Part shown: in pieces, positions 1-13,369 of the stretch
Numbering within the stretch: position 1 is the stretch's first letter
Layout of the letters: each line of letters opens with the position of its first letter
NCBI GenBank assembly: GCA_046563655.1
Contig: CM102288.1
Span: 5,084,001-5,148,000, forward strand
Length of the DNA stretch: 64,000 nt
Reading direction: 5' to 3'
Origin: Yuukianura sp. NJ FZ-2021
Lineage: Eukaryota
Notes under the pieces: generated by a model
Told to the model about the DNA's origin: nothing
The model's database searches: none
What the model saw: the letters and a program-made list of their open reading frames with translations, nothing else
Position numbers and translations under genes: made by a program

Positions 1-3000
1 ACTCGGACGCCGAGACGGAAGTCCTCGTAATCCCTCGGCAGATTGGACGTTCCGTTGATTTGTATTGTGGGTTTCTGCGGAGGAAGAACCATCAGAAACG
101 ACTCTGACGGTATGATCTTGATCTCCTTGCCAGACTCACATCTACAGTAAAACAAAGTGACAATCAACTGTAATCCAATTACACTTGATTGTAATCCAAT
201 TAATGAAGTCTAATTAATTTAATGAACTGAGTTGCTTTGCCTCTCTCAACCCAACTTACACGACTTTTGTAGCCAAGAGAAGGTTTCTGCGTCCAGGCGT
301 AGGGAATTCCCGAGTGTTGATGTAACCAACTCGACGAATCAGCGTTTCGATATCCGTTCGGTTTTCACCTTCTACCGTGATCTGCGTCATGTCTGTTACA
401 ACACACAAAAGCATCTCAAGTAAGTAAAATACATAACAACAAGATTTTTTAGTGCAAAGAATCTCACCCGTGTTCGTCATGAGTTGCATGCCGGGTTGGA
501 CAACTTCGATTCCCGGGACTTCAAGGCTCTCCTTGCACTTGTGTAGGCAGGAGAGGACCCTTGGATCCTCCTTCTTGCCAAGCAGAAGCGATAGTCCAGC
601 CAAATAGCCTCTGAAGAAATGCTTGAACTTTGTCTCAGACCCTTGCCAGCATGCACCGATGCTCAGAGACGTGTTGAGGCCCTTGGCGGGATGCAGCGGC
701 CAGTCGTCAATCACTTCTGGATTGTTCTTGTCCTGATGCACAGCTTGCCCATCTACATACAGTTGAACCTCTGGGAAGTCAACCGTGATGGCAAAATGAT
801 GCCACTCGTCGTCACACACCTAAAAACACAATTTGAGAATATTAGCTGAAGGATAGGTTATTCTAGGTTAAGTTAAGATAGAAACTTACCTGTGAAACCT
901 TCCATCGCCACTCGGCTGGCCGAAAAGTGTTCAAATCTCCTTCCGAGTGCTCTCTGCGCACGAGCAGGATGAGACGACAGTTTCTGACGAAGAGAGCAAA
1001 GTGATGACGATTCATCTCTGAAACAAAGTTAAGACAAACAATTCCATAAAATCCTCTCTCTGTTCCTGGGTAAATTGTAAAGAGAAAGAGAAGCAGAAGT
1101 GGAAATTACTGTGATCGTCGGCGTTGCAGATGATGTGTTCCTTCGTGTGACGATCCTGATCAGAATGAGCTGCATGTTTCATCCATGTTGCAATCGTAAA
1201 GTTGTCACCCAGCGGTCCAGCAACTACTCCGTCCGGCACGAGGACGGCAGTGCTGGTTCCATCAAATTCAAACATCGGGTCACTTTCATGACCTTCGTCC
1301 GTCGGCAGAGATTTTGTCCACTCTGCTCCCAGGCCGGGTGAAGGGAGCAAATCAACACTCTCCGAATTGGCTCCTACAAAAAAAAACGCTTTAATATTAT
1401 AAAATTTATAATATTACATTTGAAACATAAATCATGAGGCAGTTCATAATTAACACGGTGCGTGAAATGTTTTGTTGAGTTATCTGATTCCTCTAACCTA
1501 CTTTCTTTCTTTCTTACTTTTCAACACATCAATCAACATAATGTCGAGTGCCAAAGTAAATAGGACTTTGGAAAAGGTTTGACATTTGAGAAATGCATAG
1601 CTCAATCATTGTAGTACACAATAGCATGGGAATCACACACTACAATTCCATCAAGTAAACAGCTCATAAAAAGCCCCGTCGGTGAAAGCGAAAGTATCGA
1701 TTTCCATTCTCAAGTCCGCGTGACGTAAAAGAGAAAGAGGTTTTTTGCATGACTGTTGGTTCTGTCACAAAAATCAACTCAAACTGCCAGCTTAAGTTCC
1801 ACACTCAACTTTGGGAATGGAGGTAATTCTGAAGTGCACATTTTTGGCTCTTTGACATTTGGTCCTTCAATATTCACTCCACTCCTGTTTGGCCAAATAT
1901 GCTAAGCCCCTAAGCATCTAAACTACCTCAATTTTGTTGCTCGTTTAGCTGAACTGGGATTGGACGGGGGTTCGTTTTGCTTTTTAAGGTGGAAGTGTGC
2001 CACTCTTACCACATAATTTTCGCTGAGAGTGAACGCCATAAGTGTCTCTGTCGCACCCCAGGCCTGAAACAACACAAAACATGAGAAACGTGAGAGAGAG
2101 GCACGATGAGTTTATTAGATTTCTGGGAAGGATGGTAACTTGCCGATATGATTAGTTGACAACTGGAGCTTTGTTTCGATCGTATTGATTGCGCATGGAA
2201 TGTCACATAGTTCCAGAGTGGATTCTGGAAAAAGATCCTGACGTGCAGATCCTGGAGCGTAGTCAATTCTCTCCGGAATTCCTGCAACAAAACACAAAAA
2301 CTCCATCAAATTTAACATAATATTTCGAACTACTAAGTTAAACATGGTGAGATTTTTAGGTGAGAGTTCAAGAGGTTAGGTATGAGGAGGCAAGAAAGCA
2401 TGAGTGGACATGGAACATGTTAAGTGGCGTTTCCAAAGTGGAGTGCTTGATGCTTGGTGCTTGAAATCTTGATTGAAGGAAGTGGTGGAGATGAGCTTTA
2501 GTGAAAGAGCGAGTTTGAAATCCAATTCCAGCGCTGGACTCGTGTTTTCTCTCTCTTTAGCTCGAGAGTTGAGGGTGAGAACAAAGCACGCCGTCCATGG
2601 AGGAGCAGATGGGGAGCATAAAATCGATAGAGACATCTCAGGCTTCACATCCTTCGAAGGCGACATTTTCGTGGATGAGTCAGTGAGTCGTAGAGAAGGG
2701 AAAGAAGAGAAGGCGGAAGTGGGTCCTCCGCATTCAATCAGATGCTCCACTCTCTCTCTCTCTCTCTCCATATTCACTTGAATGTTCCGCTGGAAACGAA
2801 GCTCCAGAACCACAATGTGCTAAATGCATTTGTTGAGGTGGAACGACTTATCGTTCCAGCTCCTCCGTTCATTGAATAGAACCAAACAAAAGGTGGAGAC
2901 CATGCTTAAAATATTAGGCAACTGAGTTACTGGAGGGTGCATCCGGTTAGGAGCTGAATCAGAAAGTTAATGCTCAATATAAACTTGCCTTTCCATCCCA

Positions 3001-4956
3001 AAGTGCATACTCGACCGACTTGGATAGTGACGAGAACTGGGAGCGATCGCTTCATGCCGCAGTCGTAGGCGACGACGGTCAGAATATGATTGTGACTCTG
3101 TTCGTAATTGAGGGCCTCCGTGTTCCGAATGACCCCTGTAAACAAACATTCCGTATGAAATTCCAATACAGAAACAAAAATCCAACAAATTCGAAATTCC
3201 TATCAGCTTTTACCTAAAAAACTATATTAGATTACGTTAGGAAAACGAAGTAGTCTCACCGTCATTGTCGATAACAAATGGTTGATCTTCTGAGAGGATT
3301 TCATACTTGCAGATATCCCCAAACTTGGCCGTACAATCGCGATCCGTAGCTTCGACGCGGAGAATCTGATCGTACAGCCTACCTTCATCTACCTGTTGGA
3401 CATACGACGGTTCCAGGAATGTTGGCGAGTACTCATTCACGTCAATCACTCCGATCCGAACGGTCGCACTGAAACAAAAGAATCATTAGCTACCATTGGT
3501 CAGTTTTCGGAATCCATAAGGTTCTTCATCTTCATGTTAAATATCCTTGAGAGTGGTACCATCTTTTATTAACTCATCGTCTTTTTTTTTATCCTATTAA
3601 TTTTTCCCATTACGTAGTACTTGTGGGATACAATGCATAAAAATCGTGTGTAGGTTTAGCGTTTTCAAATGTAAACCCGTAGGCGATCTTATGTTATTAG
3701 ACGAGAAGGGACGTGCCTAAGCACGCAAAAGCTCGTTTGAGTCGAGTGAATTTTATGCTAAGACGTCAAATAACTCTAGACATCTAATAAAAATTCAGCC
3801 GTAACTAATTTTTAAGATGGTAAGGAATTACGAAGTGTCTGATTCTGTAGAAAAGTATTTGATCGTCTTTCTCAATCACAAAATTCAAATGTTACTACAC
3901 TGTTGCCTCTGGAAAAATCTATAGGGAGGCGCAAGGTTTTTCGATTCATGAGGAATTCAAACGACCTTGGGAAAGCGGAAATGACTACGAAATAAGCTTA
4001 CTTCTGAGAAATTTGTCCACGACAGCCCACAGCAACAATGCTGAACTGATATTCGTTTCTCCTCTCGCAATTCAGTTGATGCTTTGCTCGGATTTCGCCC
4101 TCTCCTGTTTCTTCATTTTTCAAAATTATCTGTAACAAATGAAATGATGACATAAATTATAAGTAAATCTATACTTACTAATTCATATGGAATGCATTTT
4201 TTTCTTGGACTAGGAGGTTTTCCATTGTTACTGGATAAGTGGATGTGTACCAGTCACGGTTAAGTTAAAAAAAATGATGTCGTCACTGACGACTCTTCAG
4301 GGTCAGACAAATGCGTCAAAGGAGATAATCGTCCGGGTTTACCTCGAAAGGTGTGTCTCCGTGATGACGATCGACGATACGGTAGCCGCAGATCTCCGTT
4401 CCAGTGGCCCGTATACTCGGAGTCACTTCGACGATATACTCATCTTCACGAATAAGTCCATGGTACCCTTTAGTTACATCTTTAAGCTCCAGCCGAGGAA
4501 CTATCAAACAAAAAGTCACAAGGTGAACCTAGCATTCAATAAAACTAAAAAAAATAGTAGCAACTTTTCCGGCGGCAGTAACGTTGAGGGTACCAATTAT
4601 AACACCCGACTGTAACTTGTAACACCCTTAGTTGCATACCTATGTTACGTTAGGCTATGGTTAACGATTATTACTAACTAATAATACTCAACACTACAAA
4701 AGTCCACAACCGGATATTACGACTAGGTACAATAGGCTGTTACCATTGGAACCCTCAGCCTTACTCCAGCCTTTTCGGCAGTCTTCTCATGCAATTCTCA
4801 ATTCGATGTCGACATTAGAGTTTGAAGATAACTTTGCGTTAATGTGTTAAACCGAAACTTTAGTTTTTTTTAAATCTTAGTAGTTGTACCTTTATCGGTG
4901 GATGAGGAAATGTGAACAACGAGGGAGAGGAATAAAACTGATGGGAATAGCCACAT
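1..4956 (-). CDS. Cals: Calsyntenin-1-like cadherin-superfamily protein (multi-exon; 3' part continues beyond window start)
   Basis: Signal-peptide exon 4890-4956 (MWLFPSVLFLSLVVHISSS). Cadherin repeats (IDVNEYSPTF, VEATDRDC, LTVVAYDCG) and a LamG-like region (VCDDEWHHFAITVDFPEVQLYVDG, IIDDWPLH-like, GACWQG, NTREFPTPGRR). GT-AG junctions join the ORF fragments in frame; one GC-AG intron at 2282-2988. Confidence 0.95.
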
Positions 4957-6591
4957 CTTTGCTAGATTGAGAAGGATACGTATCCGCGACGTTCCCACTG
5001 ACGAATTATGTCTTTACTTTACGTTGTATTTGTGTTGTTTACTGATTAATCGCTGACTGACAAGTTAGTTCACTACTAGTTTGATGTGTAGCAGTGTAGC
5101 AGCGTCTGGAGGGTGTCACTCATGTCCAAACCCTGTCCAGCCACTAAGTCACTAGGGTACTCGTTCCGATTGTTCTGCAAAAAATAAACCCAACACCCAC
5201 TTAATTAACGGTGACTTTGAAAGGTTGTTTTATTGAATAAACTGAGCAATGGGCAACGACTAAGTAAGTTCCCACTTCAAATGCACCACTCCCACTAAGC
5301 TCTAAGCTCCCCTTCCTTACCAAAAGAAAGTCACATCATCTCGATCTCATCTCCTTCGTCTTCTCTCTCCTTTCGTACCTTGTCGTCTCGTACAAATAAT
5401 CCTACCGTCGTCCGTCGTCTATTGTGTTCGTCGACTTCCGTGTTCGTCCGGCGGGTCGGTCAGGTGAGTCTCGTTCAGGTCACACAAACTTCCATTGACA
5501 CAGGCGCACAGATGTGATGAGATGAACATTGAACATTGAAACTTCAAACATCGGATCTCCAGTTCAGTCGTTGAGTAGTAGGCATAAATTGCCACCAATT
5601 CGATTCGCGAGGATTGTCGGGCGAATTTGATATCAGTCGACGCCAAATTTTGTCTTAGTTTTTAAAACAGTGATTAGTTTTGTAAATAAATGTAAATAAA
5701 TAAATTTTGTTATAAATAAAACGACGTCATGATTTGTCTCTTGGTTGCTGTAAACAAGAAGTAACGCTTGTTGTGATCGCACAATCTAAAACCATCTACA
5801 TAGTTTCCTTCCTTGTTTATGCTATCATTTGAATTGTGTATATCATTTAGTTTTTCTCGCGAAAACCGAAGGCGCGAATGCAGTTTCCGCGAATGTAAAT
5901 AATAGTACGGTACCACTTTAGCCTAACCTACATGTTCTGTGGCAGGCAACATTAAGTTTTCAGACATTATAGTGGCCCATTGCACATTCCGAGTTGCTAT
6001 CTTCGCGTGCGCCATACCTTACCTCAATCCTTAGCGCATTTTCCCAAGAGTCCGTTCTTTGTTGTATATGCACAGACTGTAAACTTACGTTCAACCTTGT
6101 ACTGTACACACAAAACAATCTAATCTCTGCCGTAAATTCCAAGGGTGTACTCACATCGCCATCTACTCTATTTCCTTATGCAACTTCTTTCCTATGCTAA
6201 AAAAAGATAAAATTTTTAAAGTTTTGAGATTGAGTATTTTTTGTATCAGCTGTTCTGCGTAGGAGTATTTTTAACATTGATGCTTGAGCTTGATGGTTTT
6301 CCTTAATATCTTTAAGTAACATGTAAATACATTATCCGTTTTTAGGTTAAGGTTCATCTTATCGTGATTTATTTTCCTCCCTTTGCTGTGTTTGTTTTTA
6401 ATTTGATCAGGAGTTATTTGGATGAGTCATTTTGGTGGAGGAGAATGTGCATGACGAATTGACCAAAGAGCAGGACCCGAACTCTTCTCAACTTACTAAA
6501 AATCAAAACAAATCACATCAAACACAAACACAGGGATTATTCGGAGGACTGAAAATTGGAATTGGAAGTGGACGACGTTTCCGCTGCAATA

Positions 6592-8349
6592 ATGGTAGGT
6601 AAAGTAAACTAAAGATTAGTTGATGATTGAAGGCTAATGAAACGTTGATGTTATGTTCATAGGAGGAAGGGGACAAAGGCGTAGCGGTTCCTGACAATGG
6701 ATTCAGTGGACACGGAGATGCTGCAGCGGTGGGATCTCCACCGGAGTTTGGAGTGGGGTACGACATATACGATGGGGATGTTCCTTCGACAGACACAAAT
6801 GGAGCGCTGCTCCCTTGTGGTAGTGACCTCAAGCCAAGAATAATGTTGATGGGCTTGCGCAGGTTCGTACTTCTAGAACAATCACAGCGTATTTAATAGT
6901 TTATTATACGTGGGCGTGATGTTTGATGTGTTTTTGTTATTTTGAATGCGCAGGAGTGGGAAAAGTTCCATTCAGAAAGTAGTCTTTCACAAGATGTCTC
7001 CCAATGAAACTCTGTTTCTGGAATCAACAAACAAGGTGGTTAAGGAGGACGTGGCCAACTCCTCCTTTGTGCAATTTAATATCTGGGACTTTCCTGGCCA
7101 AATTGATTACTTGGACGCGAGTACCTTTGACTCTGATTCTATCTTCGGCGGATGCGGGGCACTTATATTTGTCATTGATGCACAGGTACTTGTTAGATCT
7201 TAAGAAAATGTAAATACTTAACATCCGAATATAGAAGTGAGAAACCTAATTCATTTAAATTTGAATTTAAGGACGAATACATCGATGCATTGGAGCGACT
7301 TCATCTAACTGTAACACAAGCTTACAAGTACAACCCCCGCATCCACTTTGAAGTCTTCATACACAAGGTGAGGCACAAAGTGAAGGCTGTGTTAATTCGA
7401 TATTTCTGAAAGCAATGTAGCAATGAGTAATGTTCTGTTACAATTATTCATTGGGTTAGGTCGATGGACTGTCCGAGGACTACAAAATGGAGACACAACG
7501 AGATATACATGAGCGGGCAAGTGCCGAGTTGACAGACAGAGGCAAATAAGCTCAATCTCTCCCGATATGCATGCATGGATCAATTACATTCAAATTATTT
7601 TAATTCCCAATTATTTGTGTAACAGGATACGACAGGCTGCATCTCAGCTTCCATCTGACGTCAATCTACGATCATTCTATTTTTGAAGCCTTTTCAAAAG
7701 TAGTGCAGAAACTTATTTCGCAACTTCCGACACTTGAGAATTTGCTCAACATTTTCATTTCCAATTCCCTTATAGAGAAGGCCTTTCTCTTTGACGTTGT
7801 TAGTAAGTCACTCTCATTTTTCTTCAAAAACTTGTTGATTTCTTTAACAAAACACTTTTCCTTCGTTTTCAGGCAAAATTTACATTGCCACTGATTCGTC
7901 TCCGGTTGACATGCAATCGTACGAACTGTGTTGTGACATGATAGATGTAGTGGTGGATGTTTCTTATATCTATGGACTCAGCAGTTTGGACGACACGAAT
8001 CCTGCCTTTGACAAACACAGCAAAGCTTCCATCAGACTCAACAACGGCACACTTCTGCACTTGCGCGAAGTGGATCGCTTCCTCGCTCTCGTCTGCATCC
8101 TGCGAGATGATGCGATGGACAAACAAGGTAAAATGTGATACAAAAATATCCATGTTAATAATTATAATATGTGAAAGCGATATAATATGTGATAACATTC
8201 AATTTCTAGGCATGATCGAATACAACTTTGCTATGTTCAGATCTGGAATTCAGAAAGTGTTTGACGTGCGACAAAGTCAGTTCAAAAGTTTGACGAAAAA
8301 CGCCCTCAGCCTCGGAAATGCAATCCAGGGATCGGAATCACCCTGCTGA
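6592..8349 (+). CDS. RagC-D: Ras-related GTP-binding protein C/D (Rag GTPase), multi-exon
   Basis: [83 protein letters not shown]. Start inferred as ATG 6592 immediately before an intron. Confidence 0.95.
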
Positions 8350-9141
8350 AAGACGAAGCATTTCGCTGTATTTAGTACTCGTGTAATCCACTAAAATGTT
8401 AGGTTTAATTGAATTGATTTATTACACTCTTTCCGTCACTCCAACCCCCTTCCGCATTTTCACCTTTCACATTGACAACTTATGAGAGCCACTTGTTTCG
8501 TAATTAAAGAGTAATTAATTAGTGATTCAACTGACAGGAAACAGAGTGCCCTGCGTAAATAGAATACTTGTTGGAATAACATCAACTCAAGTCCCATTTG
8601 GACTCAGTTTAAAGCATTTCTAAATGATATAAGATTTCTAACACTTTCTTCTCATTGCACTCCATTAATCGATTAACTTAAGTTATGAGTGGGACTAAAG
8701 GGAAGAGTAGCCATGTGCACAACGTAACTTCTTAACCAAAATCACAGGGTTTCAACTATCAGAATGAGAGGCAGGCAAATGTGCCGGAGGAGTGTATTTC
8801 CAAATCGTCAGAAACGATTTATACTGGGAGTCACAACCTCCGCCGACACATCAACAGTCCAGTAGCCTTTCAATTTGATAGTGAAGTGGGGATAGTAGAA
8901 CTTCGTCTAAATAATTCCGAAGTTAGTCCTAATTAATTAAGATACAAGGCATCGATCATCCTTCGACATCTCGTTCAGCCTACAATCTATCGTTATCGTT
9001 ATATATCTACCCTTATTCCATTTTGTCCCCTCCCCATTCGCACAAACTCCCACAGACATGCAAAATTAAGTTTTATCGACAGAATTCTCAGTTGCAAATT
9101 GTAACTCGTTTGATGATTGGAATCTTGTGTTCATGGCTCTA

Positions 9142-12100
9142 CTATTCAGTGGGTTTTACAGGCTGCAGATTCCACACGTCGCCACCAACGTTAATGTCCT
9201 GCCCAGTGGCGCTGGGTTCCGGAGCCACAAGTGCTGCCGCTGTAGGTGGCTTGGGCGTAGTTCCACTGTCTCCACTTCCGCCAAATAGCAAAACTAAAAC
9301 AAAAACGAAAATCAAAAACTGAAAAACGAAACTTCGTAAAAACCAAGAAAACTTATAATGAAACCATAAACAAAAACTGAAACGTCTAAAGAAACAAGCC
9401 AAGCACAAGAAAGAAGAAAGCTTTCTAGTTTCTACAAATCAAACCACATGCTTACTTAAATCCACAACAAAATACTTCCAAATCAATTCATTCATCCATA
9501 CACATTCCACATTCCGTTATACTTCCACGACCAACACTTAACTGCAACCGAGGTTTCAGCTTCAGTTTCGTTGGCCTGTGAAAAGTTAGTGAGATCAATT
9601 GATTGAAAGCTGATTACTTTGAGTTTCTCCGCAACAAGCAGTGGCTTGGCATCGAGAGATAGAAGGATATTTGTTAGTCCAGTACTACTATTTCACTACT
9701 ACACTTAATTAGTAAACTTAAGCTAATACAGGGATTAGTTCTCACTTCAAACTTACTCAGCAAATGGCAAAACAACAAAGGCCATTCCTCTTATTAGGCT
9801 CAACTCTACACATACCTTAACTCTTGATTAACGTTAGTTAGCAACTGATTGACGATGATTTAGGAAGCAGAGGGCCTTAGTTAATGGGTTTCAAATTCCG
9901 TTAGTCGAACGTTTAAAACAGCGTCGCTGATGAGGGATGAAGAGCATGACAAAGTGAGTTCGTTAGTAGTGGACAGAGGTTGTGAACTTGGATGAAATTG
10001 TAGAATACTGGAATGATCTAACTTGTCTAAATTGTTGTACAGTAGCACAGTGTCCAACTTCCCTTTGCCTTCCAAAAGTTCTTTTACATTCATTCTATGT
10101 TCTGCCGCCTTACATAAAGTTACCTGCCGGATTCCAGGCACACAGAGTTCAGCAAAGACAGGAAATTTAGCAGAGAAGGTGAGATGGAAATGAGAAAAAA
10201 AGAAACAAATGATTAGAGGCCACAATTTACAAGAATTGGACCGGGATTGGTAAGGAATTAAGCGGAAGTGAAAATGCAGAGAGAGGTATTGTCATGTTTC
10301 AGCTAAAGTTCCCTCATCCTGGCGATTTCTCCAGTATCACCACTACTGGCGACATCTACACTCCTACAGTCATCTCTACAAACCAAGGTGATTTTAGATA
10401 GGAGAGGCAGGGAGAATGGAAATGACATTTGGAACAGGAGTTACAAAGCAGTAGCTACTGGAAACACAAAGGTTAGGAAAGAGAACAACGTTTGCCTGGT
10501 TCCCTCGACTGGTGTTTTGCCACAAGTAGTTTAGAGACAGGGTGAACAGACATGGGCGGATCGATGCGACTGAACAGAAGATGTGTCCAACTAGTATTGA
10601 GTTATTAGCTGAGCAGAGTTAAAAGGAAGAGCAACAACAACGGAGAAAAGGTCACTTCTGCACACAGAGTGACGGCGACAGAAAGGAGGAGAAAGACTGG
10701 GAGGTTTCTGTTAGTAGTGACACTAAGATCCTGCACGAGATGTGGGCTAAGGTTGGTGGTTGACTCTGGTCAACTTCACATGAACTTACTTGCGATAATG
10801 ATGATAATTATAAGACCAATCACTCCCATTATGATCATCATCTGAAACACAAATCAATACAATTCATAAGTTCATTGATTCATAGATCTTCGATTATCAA
10901 TAAGTGGGTGGACATTAGGAAGTTATGAGTCACTCACTTTCAAGTTTTTCCACCAGTACTTCCTTTTCAGCTTGCCCGCCTGCTGCTCAAATTGCGAGGC
11001 CCCTTGTTGGAGTGCATCTGAAACAAAACAAACATTTATTAGCCACCAGTAGCATGACGTTGAAGGGAATGGCATGAAAAGTCATCATCGTTCCCACTTT
11101 GATCACATAGGAAATCGATAAGCTAAGCAAAGGCTAGAGATATGGACAGAAGCTTAAAGTGTTCAAAGATTACAGAGTCACTTTGGTGCTCTTTCTGCCG
11201 TAAAATAAACAGAATTGACCACAGCTGTTGTAACTAAGCAAAAGAAACAAAAAACAGAGATGATAAGCATCGCGTGCGGTTGAAGAAGCTTAATAAAATT
11301 AGGGAAAACTGAGAAGCAGTCAGTCAAATAAACGGATGTTACAGTTAAACGGTAATAATTGCAGCGGACAAAAAACAGAAAGTAAATTGGAATGGAAAAA
11401 GATGAATAGTAACCGGCTCTGTCATCCAATTCTGAGAGCTTCTGATCTCGTTCCAGCACTTTCTCCACGTTCGTCCGCATTATGTCCACCACCTAATGGG
11501 CACAACAAAGTCCAATTTCCAAGTATTCCATCCTTCATCGTCGTTCATTAGATTTAGATTATGAAACGCAGCTGAGTGACTTAGACAAGAACGACGAGCG
11601 AAGACAACCATAACTAACCCCATGAGTCATTTCAATATTCCCAAAAATTATGAAACCATGAAAACTTTAAGACCAAACACCGTCAAACATTAGCCCCAAA
11701 CATACAGCCGTTTTAGCGCCAAATTCTAAAGAGTCAATTGCGAAGTGATTCATCTAACAGTCGTCCCTAAAGTATCCGGGGAAGTTAACTCTTTGTTTTG
11801 TTTTATGTTGACATTGAATCTGAAATATTGCCAATTTGAAGGTTAAGCTTGGGATGAGTTACCTGATCTATCATCCAGTTCTGATAGTCTCTTGTCTCGT
11901 TCTAAAACTTTTTCAACATTCAATCGCATTACGCCAATCACCTGCAAGATAAGAGGGACAGGATATAAAGGCCATTTGACGATTCGCCTTTGACGTATTG
12001 ATCAGGCCAAAAAATAATTTAAATCGCGCGATATTCGTTATATTTGGACCCTTGAATCGAATCATAACAAACACTCCCACTCTAAGTTTGAAAATGCGCC

Positions 12101-12512
12101 TCGCATTTTGGTAATTCAGCTTTTTGATTGATTCTGTATGATTGGCGTTATGATTCTTCGCTCCAACGTTCTAGTGTCACCAAGCAGATACGTGATGAGG
12201 CAACCCTTGTTAGTTGCTTATAAATTGTTTCTGACCTCATCAACTTGAGCCTGCGTCTGTTGAAGTCTTCGTTGGGCAGCTTGCTGTTGATGTGTTCGTG
12301 GACCCCCCACAATGGGTTCGCCCCCACTCGTTTCCCCACCAGGAGCCGACCTGCAATTAGGAATAAGAATTAAGGAATTTCATTTCCGCAATCTTTTACG
12401 CAACAAACCGTATCATTCTAGCGTTAACTGAAATGATTGATTGTACAAGTAACTGTCACAAACGAGTGACATTAGATTGTCTATGTCTAAAGTTTAAGTC
12501 TAAAACTTACAT
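9142..12512 (-). CDS. Syb: Synaptobrevin / VAMP (R-SNARE) with duplicated alternative SNARE exons and alternative C-termini
   Basis: Split start AT|G at 12511-12512, exon 12236-12350 (..[15 protein letters not shown]), alternative exons 11863-11941 and 11414-11492, exon 10938-11017 ([26 protein letters not shown]), TM exon 10790-10841 ([17 protein letters not shown]), distal exon 9142-9293. Confidence 0.95.
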
Positions 12513-13076
12513 GACTGAGAACCTCTTTGGAGAGAAGAGATGACGAATTAACGGAAGGAAGAGTACCAGAAATGATTGATAAGTTGACCTTTCTCACTTG
12601 TGTGGTTGCTGACTAAATTGAAACTGACGAATTGTGCAGTTGAAGTGGTTAGTTGATCTGATAGAATAGAGATAACGAGGGAGTCTATGCAGTAAGAGTA
12701 GGAGTGATGAGTAACCAACACCTACAAACAGTATGGCGCTGCTCCCCTTCCCCTGTCAATCAACTCCAACCTCAGTCGAACTAAAGCACACACACAAACT
12801 CCGCTCTGCAGGCGACGGGCATCACTCAATCAATAAGCAATCAAAGCAATAATTATCGTCTATCAAACGACAATAAGTGCATTGAACTCTCCTAAGATAA
12901 ATTCTCCTAGTGTGGTTTTGTTTTAGAATGTTTTAAGGATTTACCAAATGTGCTTTCGATAGAACAATTATTGTGCAGTAATAATTCAAGCACCCTTGGT
13001 AATTTTCACAGGCCTGACTCACTTACAGTAAGGATAAACTGTATCTGTTGTGACTACTGTGAAACCAGCCGATGTA

Positions 13077-13270
13077 CAGAGGAGTTTCTAACTTATGAAA
13101 TGGGCAAAATACCAAACAAATGGCAATTGCACAAACTGGGGTTAGAAAATTTCCTGACGCTGAGGTCCTATTGTCATTGCAAAATTCACTCAACAGGCGA
13201 ATTTTGCAATGACAATAGCAAATGGGAAGGGAATTTTGTAACCCCCGTTTGTGCAATTCCAATTTGTTTT
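13077..13270. mobile_element. Palindromic MITE, partial copy of the family also at 61356-61581
   Basis: TA|CAGAGGAGTTTCTAACTTATGAA.. and internal inverted arms (GCAATTGCACAAAC..GGGGTTAG / TAACCCCCGTTTGTGCAATT) shared with the 61.4 kb copy; right end truncated. Confidence 0.75.
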
Positions 13271-13369
13271 TTATTTTAACACTTATTCTTTCAAAAGAAG
13301 TTGATCTTTTTATATATTTTTTATATTATACTAGTTCATATATTTATTATAATATTTAACATAAATCAT

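Noticed and set aside
2376..2813. Overlapping 145-aa and 102-aa ORFs
   Set aside because: Intronic, low-complexity GA/CT content, no recognisable domain.
5850..5895. E2F-like TTTC(T/C)CGCG motifs in the calsyntenin-RagC divergent promoter
   Set aside because: Short motifs that cannot be distinguished from chance without conservation data.
9881..10225. 114-aa ORF with hydrophobic N-terminus
   Set aside because: Non-ATG start within synaptobrevin 3' intron/UTR sequence; no family resemblance.
11178..11413. Hydrophobic read-through extension of the SNARE exon
   Set aside because: T-rich intron sequence; it would lose the second half of the SNARE motif.
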